From Dudresnaya verticillata (Eukaryota), in NCBI GenBank assembly GCA_977862235.1, contig OZ374560.1:2356001-2420000 (forward strand): a stretch of 64,000 nt of DNA, read 5' to 3'. The notes under the pieces were generated by a model. It was not told the DNA's origin. It saw nothing but the letters and a program-made list of their open reading frames with translations, and ran no database searches. The translations under genes were made by a program, and so were the position numbers. Below, one piece after another: positions 35,577 to 47,705 of the stretch (the stretch's first letter is position 1; every line of letters begins with the position of its first letter).

Positions 35577-36377
35577 ATGGATATGTCTACAACACCGTTT
35601 CTTTCTGGTACTGCCCATGAGAATCTTGCCGAAGCTGAGCTACGCATCAAGCGGAATCGCTCAATTCAGAAGCTCATTCCGGAGGATAGTCAAGAAGACG
35701 GTAGAGAGGATGCCGTCGGACAGCAGTTTTTCAGGGCGGGGGAATCGCGCACGCAAACCACTACACGTGAACCGGGGAAGGCAATGGGTTTGGGCAGCAG
35801 ACGAAATACATCCCTGGGTCTTCAAGGGATTCGAGGCAAACATTCCGCTATCTTCAGGCTTGCCAGGGGAAGAGACTCAGGCAGAGAGGTGTTCCGCCAG
35901 CTTTATGACTTGGAAGAGAACGTAGTGCATCAAGAGGGACTGGTCCGAAGAGTGTGGAAAAGGCGGCAGACCGAACATGAGGCTGCATCTCTCGAGAAGA
36001 TTGGGTCACGAAACTCCAGAGGCGTAGATTACCCTGCGTTTGGCTCGGATCCGCTCCCGTACAAAGGAAATCGCAGCAAGGACGTGAGCCAGGGATCTGC
36101 TCATAACAAGACGGGCTCAGCGTCGGTAACGTCACAGCCTGTTCAGTCAAGGGATGTTTTGGATGTTCCGAAAGAAATGATCGTAGAATACCTCAAGCTC
36201 TCTCACAAGAAGGGGTTCCTTGAAGAAGTTGTCGGGCCCAGGCTGGCCGGACAGGAGACCAGCAGACATGGTACCCCGACAGGGCGCCTGCACAAAAACT
36301 ACACGTCGATGTCCGCAAGACTTTTCGGCAGACAGAGGGGGAGCATGAACCTCACGATGGGAAAGGATCCGGTCTGA
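35577..36377 (+). CDS. Hypothetical protein, 266 aa
   Basis: ATG-initiated ORF (MDMSTTPF...) with charged, protein-like composition. No recognisable domain. Confidence 0.65.
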   Translation: MDMSTTPFLSGTAHENLAEAELRIKRNRSIQKLIPEDSQEDGREDAVGQQFFRAGESRTQTTTREPGKAMGLGSRRNTSLGLQGIRGKHSAIFRLARGRDSGREVFRQLYDLEENVVHQEGLVRRVWKRRQTEHEAASLEKIGSRNSRGVDYPAFGSDPLPYKGNRSKDVSQGSAHNKTGSASVTSQPVQSRDVLDVPKEMIVEYLKLSHKKGFLEEVVGPRLAGQETSRHGTPTGRLHKNYTSMSARLFGRQRGSMNLTMGKDPV

Positions 36378-37269
36378 ATTCCAGCAAAGTGTTGTCTGCT
36401 GCCAGTGAGCTCTTGCAGAACGTCAAACTTCGGCCAAGAAGATGGTAGTCCTCCTAGAACTCCTAAGGTATTATCTTGAAAAGTCCAAACCGACTCTATG
36501 TGAAGTTCACGAAACCCTGATGGTGGGGAAGTACGTAAAGAGCGCCATTTGCCATTAAAACTGTCCAAGGTCCCCCAAAGGCCACAGTTGCATTCTGTTC
36601 CGGTCGATAGAGGTAAGCAGAAGCAGGAAGAAGCGCAGCTGTCGAACACCGCAGTTGGATGCCACAATCAGATGCAATGGAGTCTCCTTTCACGAGAGGC
36701 TGCCGCAGCGCGCACGGCAATCCCCGGTCTACCGAAGCTGCACTTTCTCCATTGCGCAACTCGCAGAATAAGCTAGAAGGCCACTGCCCTGGGATGCACT
36801 CCTAGCTTGCGCTAGCCTGGGAAGACATACGCGATCGTAGACAATAATGGCTCTGGTCAGCTTACCCCGGACGGACACGCGCCAGTCGCGGCATCGATCG
36901 TACCTACCTTTACCACTTTTTATGCCAATTTTTGTGCGGGTAATATTTGATCTTAGCGCACTCCGTCTCTCAACTCAGACGGAGATTCCCCGACGGCTGC
37001 AACCAAATGCGTAACTGCCGGTCCCAGCGCAAACGTTCGCTTTCCCGCGGTTTCCAACATTTCGCAATCCGAACCCTCGTCGAGAGCCATGCAGATTACG
37101 CGTATGATGGCCCCTCTGCGCCGACATGAAGGTTCAATCTTGCGACACCTGCACCGCAGTCGACCCAAGCCCACCCACCACCAGTCGGAGACTATGACGA
37201 CGCACCCCAACGCGTCCAAGTTCTAACTGCTCAGACTCGTCAAACTGAGGTGGCCACGTCGAAAACGCC

Positions 37270-38301
37270 ATGGACAACCTCGATTCCCAACCCCGCTCCA
37301 ACCTTCCGAAACAAACGGGCGATAACGCTGAGCTTCCTTTCGACAGTGAGCCGGCTTTGCCCCAGCCTTCCATCCCGCTGCTGCCTTCTGCCCGGGCATC
37401 CGAAGAATCCGCGGGAGACAAACGTCTGTTCGACTTCTCGCTTGCGGCCCAAGAAACCGTGTCAGAAGAGGAGCTGCCAAAGGAAGTGAACTTGTCTAGT
37501 ACGACGCCGCCGTCATGCGCTGACTCGCCGATGTCCGACACACCGCTCACCCGAAACGCCGTTGGCTTAACGCCAGCTGAAGCGCCAGCTCCTCAAGCGG
37601 ACCAAGAAGGGAACGACGGGGGTTGGGAGAGTATTCCAGAGCTCCACCTCCCGCTCCACCCTCACCCGGTGCCCAAGAACCGAACACTTTACCAGAGAGA
37701 CCCTTATACTCTTCGGTACCTCCTGCAGCATCCGTACCAATATGATTCCTCTACCCCACGGATCTTGGGGAAATCGGTCCAGGAGCGTCTTACGGAGCTA
37801 TATTCCGTTGCCTTCACTGTGCCTTGCGAAAACAAGGAGTATCTCACGCGAGCGTTATTTCACTGTCTGGAGCGTTTCTTCAGCAGAAAGAGGGTCCCGA
37901 TCGGCTTCCCTGCTGGGTACGTCTCTGAAGAACTGTGTCGTGAGGTGAATCTGATTATTGAGGCGAGAATTTGTAGCCCTCACAGTTTTGGAGAAAACCC
38001 GCACATTTCCTTGTGGAACACCCAAACCAACAAGAAGAACTCAGGTAGCTCAACACCGCGTCTGTTGAGGCTTTATCACTACCTTCGAGAAGAAAAGAAC
38101 AGCCACCTTTCAATAATCCGCAGCAACGATTTCCAGCAGTTGAAGCCAATCGAGTTGGTGCAACTGCAAAGAGACGTATTTTCGACGATACTATTGTTCT
38201 TGAGGCCTATTGTCTCTCGGGCTGAGGAAGATTTCAAGCAAATACAAGGGGAGATCCCTTTGAAACAGGACGGCGGAGGTGCTCCGTCAAGAATTCAGTA
38301 A
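37270..38301 (+). CDS. Hypothetical protein, Pro/Ser/acidic N-terminus plus helical C-terminal domain, 343 aa
   Basis: Long ATG-initiated ORF in good context (GCCATGG). No recognisable family. Confidence 0.8.
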   Translation: MDNLDSQPRSNLPKQTGDNAELPFDSEPALPQPSIPLLPSARASEESAGDKRLFDFSLAAQETVSEEELPKEVNLSSTTPPSCADSPMSDTPLTRNAVGLTPAEAPAPQADQEGNDGGWESIPELHLPLHPHPVPKNRTLYQRDPYTLRYLLQHPYQYDSSTPRILGKSVQERLTELYSVAFTVPCENKEYLTRALFHCLERFFSRKRVPIGFPAGYVSEELCREVNLIIEARICSPHSFGENPHISLWNTQTNKKNSGSSTPRLLRLYHYLREEKNSHLSIIRSNDFQQLKPIELVQLQRDVFSTILLFLRPIVSRAEEDFKQIQGEIPLKQDGGGAPSRIQ

Positions 38302-41300
38302 TCTTTCTCGATCTGTTGAAGTTAATGAGAATCACGATCTCGATCTGCGCTGGCAAATGGCAACTTAGGTTCCACCTGGAACGAAACCCAGGAGTTTAAC
38401 CAAGAAGCTTAGCATTAGGTAATGCTCTGGGTTCAGTCAATGGGTCTACATATGCATGCATAACAGGGGGAACATCACTTTACAGCAGCAAGGGTGCGCT
38501 CTGTGCTAAAAGTGAATGAACATAGCGGGATAAACTCGCAGAAGAACGAATCACGGAACTAAGAACATGCGCCCTTTCAATGCTATTTGCAGCATCGATC
38601 TTGAGCTTGCAGAACTTTTCATCACAATGCTCAGAAACAGTACTTCGAACAGAATGTACAACAGCCTCATGGGATATGCCGACAGCAAGTTGGTGAGGAT
38701 GGACATAGTTCCTCACGGAGTCGTCGCAGGACGCCCGCAAGAGGCAGAGCCCGAATGCAATGTCAGTAGACTCAAGGCGCAACGATCTCAGGAGGAAAAT
38801 TTGTTCCTGTAGGCGCTTGTCGTTTGTTTAGTGTGTCCTCCTAAGACTATTGAGTATTGAGCACTTCCAACGCACAATAGATAACATATGCGCATATCTC
38901 CGCCTACCTTCGCAGTTGAGTGGTGAAAGGGAGCTGCTGAACTGAAATTTCTGACAATGCTAATGCGGATGACCAAGTGGCGCCTACTGAGGATGAGTGC
39001 TCTGCTTGAACTGCGGATGGGAAGACAGTGTAATGAGAGCGGGCAGCTTTCTTCAAAAGATCGACAGAAGGAGCTCACCGCTGGAATAAACGTTCAAGAG
39101 AGAAAGCACGGCGTCGACGTCAGGATAATTGCGAGAGATCGGTGGACAAGCTGATGAGAACTGGCGGATGAAATCAGCGCAGGGTGCGAGTGCCATCCGC
39201 CGGAGTACTCAAGTGGCATTCAGCCGCAAGGCCACGCGAGTCGACGCACGTCTCGGAGAAGGTTACGACGACGAAGTTTGTTTCGTGTCTGTGGCGGCTG
39301 GTGCGCATCCTGTAGCGGGGAACGGAAAGCCTCAAGCACCGGGAGCGGCTGTGGACGCATCCTCCACACACCTCCTGAAGAGTCGCCGCTCGCCGCGCGC
39401 TGCGCTGGCGTGCGATCGGAGCAGGCCATCAGCGACAGCGACGCGCGCGGCGCTCGTGCATGGTGGATGGCTTGCTTGTTCCCCGCGCGTTTCTTAGCCT
39501 TTGTTCCCGCCTCGGTGGGGCACGCAAATGGCTACTTTGATTGCGAACTGCTCTGAAATTGGGCATCCACGCAGGTCACGGCGCATTGGCGACGTCCCAA
39601 TCATTTCAGCCGATTTTCTCTCCGTACACGTTGCCAACTGTGCACGTGTGAGCGCTGGAAAACGTGTCCGATAGTTTGTACGATACGATGCAGGTTTCTT
39701 TGCCTTTCCACATAAATAATGAATAGCACAACGCAACAAACCATCAGATCGGTCACATAGTCATAAAAAGCAATAGAGAGTTGGGCGACAGCAGTATCGC
39801 ATTATTGTATCGAGAATTGCAGCCACTGCGAAGGAGAGACTAAAGCAGGAGTACTGTAGTAGCAGCGGAGTGGTATCCTTCTCAAGCGTAACAACTTTGG
39901 TTTTAGAATTCGGCTCTACGCTTACACCTTCTGTTCTACTATCAACGCGTAGATTCGCTCAACTCTCAGACTGGTTGCTCTTGCAGCGCAACCAGCCATG
40001 CCTGCAAGATGTTGGGATACTTGCTGCATCAAGCTGACAGCCAAGAGCTCGCCTTCCTCGTCTGCAGGGAGTGGTTCACTCATGGCTGTGAGAGATTGTC
40101 ACAGAGAGGCACACGGAACGCTTCTTGATCGGAAATCGTCCCTGGGCATGGGCTGAGAAGAAGAGTACCTTCACTTCACCAGACATATGGCGACGGATAT
40201 TGAAAACTATCGAACCTCCCGTTATTTCCAGATAACGGAATGCCTGCAATCGCAATGTGCTAATCACCCTCCCAAACGCTACGTTAACTCCTTTATATTT
40301 TCCACTGCAGTAGTGATCTGTTCCGCTCATTTCCCACACATGGCAAAGCTATTTCGAGGTCAAGTTGACCCAATGTCTGCATTTTGTCCTTTTTCATTGG
40401 GACACTTATTCACAGAAAACGGGGCAACCCTTCAACGAACTTCTTCGCCAAGCCGACCTGATTTTGTTTTTCTGATAAAAAAAGATTATTGCGCCTGCTT
40501 CTTCCTCAGAAGCTTTCCAGGCTTTCCCTCCTTTTGTTAACTCAAATGACAAAATTTCTTTCCCCAGCAATTACATCTGCTCCTTAAATAGGTAGCACCA
40601 TGGGGTTCCGGAGTACCTCATTTGTTTCTTTCTACGCTATGGTCCCAGAACACGTTCCGGGGTTGCGGGTTTGAGTCCCCCATGTTAAAATCAATTTCTT
40701 TGATTTGTCGGCATGTCAGCTTCCAGTTCAAGCGCGATATGTTCTATGCTCCGCCCCTCGTGGTTACCGTCCCCAAAAATAAAAAAAGGGGGACTGATTA
40801 AATAGAGGTCGTCACCATACTGTAACCACCATGAGTTTCCAGTGCAGCTCATCTGACCCTTTCTAAAAATGTGTATTTCACGACTCCGAATAAAGGAAAG
40901 GGGGTCCTTGGGAGAAGACTTGGGAGCTAGGAGGAGATGGAGAGAGAGCTTACGGGGATTAATGCAAACCGCAACATGCTGCAGAATTGACGGGATCAGA
41001 CGAGAGTATGAAGTGAAGACTACGAACGCTGTCTCGTATTTTCGGTATTCAACCTTGTACTTAGGAGTTTTACAAAACTCCCAAGTATAGTGACCAGCCG
41101 TTCACCCGGAAACGAAGAACGCGTTCTTCAATTTGCAACGCTTCGTAAATGGAAGACAGCTACTATTCTAGACAATGTACCCTACCACCCGCAACCACCA
41201 ACTGTGTTTGTTATTTGACAACTATACAGCACAAGGGCACTGTTCCATTAAGTCTCAACTCAACTACTGCTCGCTGCTATTCACAATACGTCATAGGGTA

Positions 41301-41748
41301 CGAGATTACTCACAGCGCAGCAGTTTCCTTCTCATGTAGGTCTCCGCCTCCAGTTTCAGAAAGGTCTCATGATGAAACAGGGGGAATTCTGATTGCAACG
41401 GACGTTTGCCCTGGGAAGTGGCAGGTATACCTATGTCATAATATCAGGTCTGTTTGCGACTCCCCCGCCATCCTTTCTACCAAAACCTCCGCATGCCACT
41501 TTCATACTTGGTGTTCTGTACGTTTGAGACCTGTTACTATGTTGGGTTTGGGTGTCTGAGGGAAAGAAACCGTTTAGAAGACGCTAACATACATTTCAAC
41601 GGCCTAAAACTAGGCATGTTCAAAACCTGGGCTATTTCGGATCGCTTCTGGTCTGTACGGCCGTGGGAAAAAGCATGAGCCAATTCATCTTATCTGCCCT
41701 ATTTTGGAGCTTCATACACAGGAGCGGTCATAGGCTATGCCTCAATAT

Positions 41749-41811
41749 GTGTGCGTTGCTCATACTCGCTATGATAATACTACGCTAATAGCGAGTATGA
41801 GCAACGCACAC
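41749..41811. repeat. Perfect 24-bp-arm hairpin, 15-nt loop
   Basis: GTGTGCGTTGCTCATACTCGCTAT (41749-41772) and ATAGCGAGTATGAGCAACGCACAC (41788-41811). Confidence 0.95.
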
Positions 41812-41866
41812 TTAGTGTGAGGCAGGATCTGCCTATACCACGTAGGTTGAGGGGTTTGGCAAACTG

Positions 41867-41874
41867 TATAAAAA
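41867..41874 (+). promoter_or_regulatory. Putative TATA box of the kinase gene
   Basis: TATAAAAA ~110 bp upstream of ATG 41982. Confidence 0.5.
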
Positions 41875-41981
41875 GGTTTCTCCATTTCGTTCTGCTAAGC
41901 GGGAAACCTCACAGGTCTGCAAACCTACGAGGGAACATTCCTGCTCTCTTCTATTCTCAAGGCTTTCTTCCGCGCTCAAGA

Positions 41982-43058
41982 ATGTCTTCATCGAGTGACC
42001 CTGCTTCCAACCAGTGGCCGGTACAAGCGACCGGCGTCGTATCTCCGAATGCCGAAACCCCCGCTGTTTTGGTGGCTGAGGATGGCAAGGTCGAGGTGGG
42101 CAGTATCTTGCTTGATCGATTTACTGTAATGCGGAAGCTGGGAAGGGGTACGTTCGGATATGTCTACGAGGTATACAACGAAGCGGATAGAACCACTTTT
42201 GCCGTCAAGATCGCAGAAAAAATGGGTGTTGCCAGAGAGGAGTATATGTACAAAATTCTGCAGTCAGAAGGTAAAATGCCCGGAATACCGTATATGTATC
42301 ATAATGACGAAACTACCTATCAGGGAATCAACAAAAGCTTGTTATTACTTGACCACCTTGGTCCATCTTTGAAGGAGCTTCAACAGGAATTTGGTGGACA
42401 GCTTTCTCTAAAGACAGTCATGATGACGGGCATTCAGCTGCTTGATAGGCTTGAGGGCATCCATGACAAGGGCATTCTTCACAGAGATCTCAAGCCTGCC
42501 AACATCCTCATCGGATCCCAGGACCTTAGCATTATCCACCTAGTGGATTTTGGGCTGGCCATAAAATACCATGATAGCGAAGGGGCCCACTCGGAGCACG
42601 CATGGGCCATGAAAAATTATGGGACTGTGTTGTTCATGTCAAAGAATTCTGGGAGCCTCCGTACGCAATCCCGTAGAGATGATCTCGAGTCTCTTGGCTA
42701 TGTTCTTGTATATCTTTTGACTGGAACCCTTCCGTGGGACATTGATGTTTCTGATGGAATGCACCACTGGTCGAATACATATACATACGTTGAAAGAGTG
42801 CAAAGTAAGAAAGAACACACGTCGACGAGAACGCTTCTCAAGGGCTTGGGCATTGAACTAGCGGACTACTTCAAACTAGTTAGTCGTACCGGCTTCGAGC
42901 AAAGGCCGGACTACAATGCCCTCAGGAGCATATTTAACAGCGTTCTCATTGCAAAGAATTTTAGCAATGATGGCGAGTTTGAGTGGAATACAACGACGCA
43001 GAGTATTTCATTAGGTGGAGGCTCCAGTTCGGATAGAAGTAGATCTCCGACTATTTAA
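41982..43058 (+). CDS. Casein kinase 1 family Ser/Thr kinase (divergent), 358 aa
   Basis: GRGTFG loop, AVKI, LGPSL, HRDLKPAN, DFG, CK1 signature SRRDDLESLGY, LPW, RPDY; no APE motif. First ATG at 41982. Confidence 0.93.
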   Translation: MSSSSDPASNQWPVQATGVVSPNAETPAVLVAEDGKVEVGSILLDRFTVMRKLGRGTFGYVYEVYNEADRTTFAVKIAEKMGVAREEYMYKILQSEGKMPGIPYMYHNDETTYQGINKSLLLLDHLGPSLKELQQEFGGQLSLKTVMMTGIQLLDRLEGIHDKGILHRDLKPANILIGSQDLSIIHLVDFGLAIKYHDSEGAHSEHAWAMKNYGTVLFMSKNSGSLRTQSRRDDLESLGYVLVYLLTGTLPWDIDVSDGMHHWSNTYTYVERVQSKKEHTSTRTLLKGLGIELADYFKLVSRTGFEQRPDYNALRSIFNSVLIAKNFSNDGEFEWNTTTQSISLGGGSSSDRSRSPTI

Positions 43059-44519
43059 GATTCTTCCGAGATCGTCAACATACAAGCGCGTGTTGTCACT
43101 GTTAAAGTAGACTGCTATGGCATGGTACGCTTTGAATCATTACTACTAGACTGCAAAGACTGTCTTTGCAATGTCGTGTAACACTTCTGTCGTATTAATA
43201 ATCTTAATAGAGCAAGTTATCGACTCAGGGTGTTGCTTTCTATAGGAGAGTCGATGGCTCAGTTGTAGAAATATACCTTACCTTGATCAACAGAAATTAC
43301 CCGGATACTTTCTGATGCCTTCCTTCTCACTAACGAACAGCACGCCAACTTAAGTACTACTCTGTTAGCTCGCTACCAGACTGCAGTGCTAACATAGCAT
43401 ATAAAACTATATATCCAGTAGTAGTACACAGTGGATGCCCATACATCCGCCCAAGAATGAATCTCTTGCTCTTTCCTTCTAGTAACTTCTATTGTAATCA
43501 TTTCTTGTCGTTGCTCGCCTACTAGCGAGCATCTGAGGATGAATTCTCCTCAGCCCGAACATTCAAAATGAACTGTGGGAAATTGCGTTTATAAGAGTAA
43601 GAAACTAACAAATCGGCTGGCTATCATTGCGGTCCGAAAGAATATTCTACAACATTCTTCCACGCCTGGACTTCTCGATATCAAAAACTCGATAACCAAT
43701 GAAATTGTTCCTGGCACCGCGTCTCTCGACGTAGAGATGCTGGAAGGGTCCGAATAGTGTGTTTTCCAGCATTCGGTTTGCTCCTTCTACGAGTTCAGCA
43801 GTGCGTGAAAGGCAGGCTAAGCTGATCTCAAAGGATCCTTGTAAGGGAAGGGTTTTTGCCGATTATAAATGCAACAAGCCCGTTGAAATTTTCGTTTGTG
43901 CTTATGGCTGTACTGTTGTAGACTTCAGCAAAAGTTATATTGAAAATCCTTGCACACAAAGCATCACAAAGCAAAAAAGCGTTCGCTCAGCAGTATGGGT
44001 TTCAAAATGACTTCAGACTGCTAACACTTCTCTGTTTAAGTCGTTGCAACTCGTTTCGTGTTTCAATGCTGTACAGCCCATAGCTAACTGCTTCAGCGCT
44101 ACTGGTTTCTGTCCCATAGAATTAGATGAATTCCTCAAGCATTTGAAAGCCGGCTAAGATTTTCCTGCGCTGGTACAGAAGAGTATCTGTCTCTTCCAAT
44201 CGCCACCGTTTGACGTTATTGGACCTGAGTCCGCAGTTTCAAGGTTGCCCTCCGAAATTCTTCCTTCGCCTGTTTGAATGTCCCGCTCCCCTGCAAGGTA
44301 ACAGACACGACTGATTTAATAAGTTCATGGACGGGCTCGATGTTTCTTTTAGAGTCTGACCCTTGGCGAAAACCGCGAAGATATTTAATTTTCATGTCCT
44401 CTCGCTTTCTTCCGCCGACCAGAACGCACTAGTGTGCGGTTTAGGATAGAGCTCGTAAACAAGTTTACGAAGGTTTGGGCCAAATGATGGCAGGGGTTGC
44501 CCCAACAAACGTGTCATCT

Positions 44520-45200
44520 GGCAACCCATCCACAGGAGCTCTCCACGCATAGGGACTGCCAATCTTCTAGCGCTAACGTTAGCAGCATGCGCGAGCATGG
44601 TAGGCTTCAAATTGAACGAGCTCTTCTCAGAAGGCTTCGTGAAGTGGCACAATATCAAGCTTTCCGCCGCATGATGGGGAGCTATTCGAGACCCTGGCGC
44701 CCCACCTAGATTCTCGAACGCGAAGGCTTCGATGACAAAGCGAATAACCTACGCTAGAAAACCGAAACAGCTCGAGGGGCAAACACAATGCCCATCTGCG
44801 ACATCGACGATGGAGCATGAACTAATTCCGGAGAACCTGGCGCTTGCGACCGTGCCGTTCGAGGATGCGCTATTCGCGCTATTCGCGCCTGTCGTTTTGT
44901 ATGGCGATGCGGGTGCAGCAGAATATGTGGAAGGGGAGAGATTAGAAGAGACGGCTGCAACGCGACCTCGTTTTTGCTATTTCGCTGACCCTGCCTCGTT
45001 TCATTAGACAAACACCCACTCTACTTCACAAATTTCACTGGCGATGCGAACCCGGACACCCAATGGGTCACCCAAAAATGGCCAGTGCGCTAGACCGGAC
45101 ACCCAATGGGTTTGTCCAGCTCGAAATTTTCCTTGAAACGATGCGGGCAGGCAAACCTTTTCCCTGAGCATGACCTTTTTACCCAAGTGGGTTTTGGCTG
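44520..45200 (-). mobile_element. Possible hAT-transposon relic (C-terminal dimerisation motif) with subterminal-like repeats
   Basis: Frameshifted W...P...A..CATS/PSEKSSFNLK...RL resembles hAT PATSxxSERxFSxLK. CCGGACACCCAATGGGT occurs at 45052 and 45095, and ACCCAAGTGGGT at 45181. Confidence 0.35.
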
Positions 45201-47634
45201 CAAAGGTTTTACTGATGGCCTTGCATCTCTAAGCAACAGGGACTACGCCTAAGTTGAGGAAAGCCCCTAAACTGCTGAACAAGGGAGTAACAGCTAGAAA
45301 CGCAAGCACACCTGGGGGCTTTGCCGTATGGCTGGGGAAAGCATCTGGACCAGAGATTGTTTGGATTCATCCAATACCGTATATGCTACGATAGTTTCTT
45401 TAGTGTATGTTAGAGGCCAGGGCAAGGGTGCACAGATAGTGGTGGTAACTTGCCGGCAGACTGGATCGGGTGTCATCTTGATGGTGGCGGATGTCGCCTG
45501 TCAATAAGTACTAGAGTCGACATGTCACTTCTCGTGTGTCAGTTCAAGTGTAGACGAGGAGAGTAATCACGTCTCGAGTGTCAGTACAATTGTAGGCATG
45601 GAGAGTATTCTGCCGTGTTTTATTTTGTGCTCTATGGATAGTACGGTTGTACAAATGGATACAAATAGAGGGAGAAGGTTCAACATAAGACAAGAGGCTC
45701 CTGTGGATAGAGAAGAAACGGGTTCGCGCGTGTCTACCGCGAGAAATCAACTAAACAGTATTGAACAGACCAGAGCTCTTTACCGGTATGTAACATGTAG
45801 GAGCTCTCGAGAACCGATCGATCAAGTCAACAGAAGCGCAAAAATGCTGGAACAATCCGCGGGTCTGCTCCCTCCCCTCCAGGCCAGACCTGAACCATCT
45901 CCAAGCCAGGCACTTGGCTCTTGGATTGTGTAAGTCGCTCTAACCGGCCTACACTCTCCCAGTTCTTGCCAACTCATTCGCGTCAGACTGTTGCGCTGTT
46001 ATTGATTCCCAGCGCGCCACCCAACAAAGGCCAGCCGGTGTAACCGACTGAGTCACTAGAACAAGTAGAACTAAAGTTATAACAGAAATTGCAGGTGTAA
46101 TTACACAGGTAATAGATGAATAGCGGTGGGCGGGCTGGGAAGTTTGCATTTAATTGAGTTATTGTTGGGATACAAAAGGCCTTTTACACTCTACGGCGCA
46201 TGATGCACAAGTAATCGAGACCCATCTTACGACCCAATCTGGGGCAGGCAAAAACCGTAGACGTCCAAGTGGTGACTCCATACGCGTTTCTTTTCTCAGC
46301 CTGGGGGTATTTCTATGATGCTCTTGACAGCTGTAAAAGTCTCTATCGCATTCGGTGCTCAGGATGCTAGGTGTTTTGGACAGCTGTATAAATGTGCGGA
46401 TATTGTGGTACAGATATCTTCGCTGCGCTAGACGAAACTATCAAGTCGATTCGCAAACGCGCTGCACCTCCTGTGTAACTTTGAGTTGCTACAAGCTTGA
46501 ACAGCTTGGAAATGCTTTCTGTATTTGAAATCGTTCATGGCTTGAAGAACTGCTTGTGATCGTTTCTGCTAGCACGAATATCTTTTGCACTCTAGCCGTT
46601 TCTATTTTACTGTTACCATTGCATTCTACTTGTTACTAGAACGACTGTACCGTTGATGGTGATACTCGTTACTTTGTCATGGCGCAAATTTTCTTTGCGG
46701 CGGACCGTAGTCTTTAAGTATTGACTCGACAAGCAATCCTTTGCTTTCTGAGGTATCCATCTACAACTGCAACCAAAACAATTTCACAGTTCAACTACTG
46801 TTCTATCAATTCCTTCTCACTACTCATTTGCATGCATCATCATCATCATAACTTTATTGAAGCAAGACAAACAGCGGAAGCCCTAATGACTTAGCCGCTG
46901 ATGACTACTGGAAGGCCTGGACTAACGGGACGTCGACGATTCACAGCGAGGGCGGTGAGCTGGAGAATGCGGGAAACCAGTGGAGAAACTAACGAATGGT
47001 ATTCAGTAGTAGGATTTGTCCCCCGGCGCGTGGCCAGGAAAGCAGCGAGCTGTTGGAGTAAGCATGCTGCAGACCCTTTCCCCTTAGTTAGTAACCTCCT
47101 GTCTCGTAGGAGAAGCTTCTACTTTGCCGCATGTAGTCTTCAGGTCCAAGACGATTGTGTCGTTATCACCGTTAGCATGTTCGGCAAGAGGGACAATCGT
47201 AGTCCGATACGGCCATTTATCTACGACACTGTAGTTCAGACTGTCCATTTGTTCAAAAACAAAAATCAATCAAGCGCAAGCTTCCAGGGAATCCTATATA
47301 TAAATGAATCTATGTTCCCTATCGTTCTTCCCCATGCAAGTCGGATGCCGGATAAATCTCGTACGCTGGTATCTGGCTTACCTTTTACGTGCTTTGCTAC
47401 CAGTGGTGAACCATTAACCGGAGTCGTCTTGTCCTCTCCCTGTGCTTCCTGTGGCGAGGTACAGCTCTTGTTAGTTGAGTTCTCAATTCTTTTTCATCCT
47501 AACCGCCTATAATGTTCCCCATTCTCTTAGTTGAATAAGGCAATCCCATTTTTCTGAGAAAAAGGCGGAAAAGAAGTCTCCTTTCTACTGCGACAACAAA
47601 AAGAACATAAATAAGAACAGAGGTAAAAGGATAA

Positions 47635-47705
47635 TACGCCGGCCGGGAATTGAACCCGGGTCTCGCCCGTGGCAGGGGCGTATGCTACCACTATACCACC
47701 GGCGT
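47635..47705 (-). tRNA. tRNA-Gly (anticodon GCC), intronless, 71 nt
   Basis: ACGCCGG TG GTAT AGTGGTAGC ATAC... anticodon arm CGCCC-CTGCCAC-GGGCG, T arm CCGGG-TTCAATT-CCCGG, acceptor ACGCCGG/CCGGCGT plus discriminator A. TTTT terminator ~7 nt downstream. Confidence 0.96.

Noticed and set aside
40661..40680. GGTTGCGGGTTTGAGTCCCC resembling a tRNA T-arm/B box
   Set aside because: No A box, anticodon arm or acceptor pairing; at most a SINE/tRNA relic.
47051..47505. Possible solo LTR (TGTTGG start, internal TATA)
   Set aside because: No matching CA terminus, TSD, primer-binding site or second copy.
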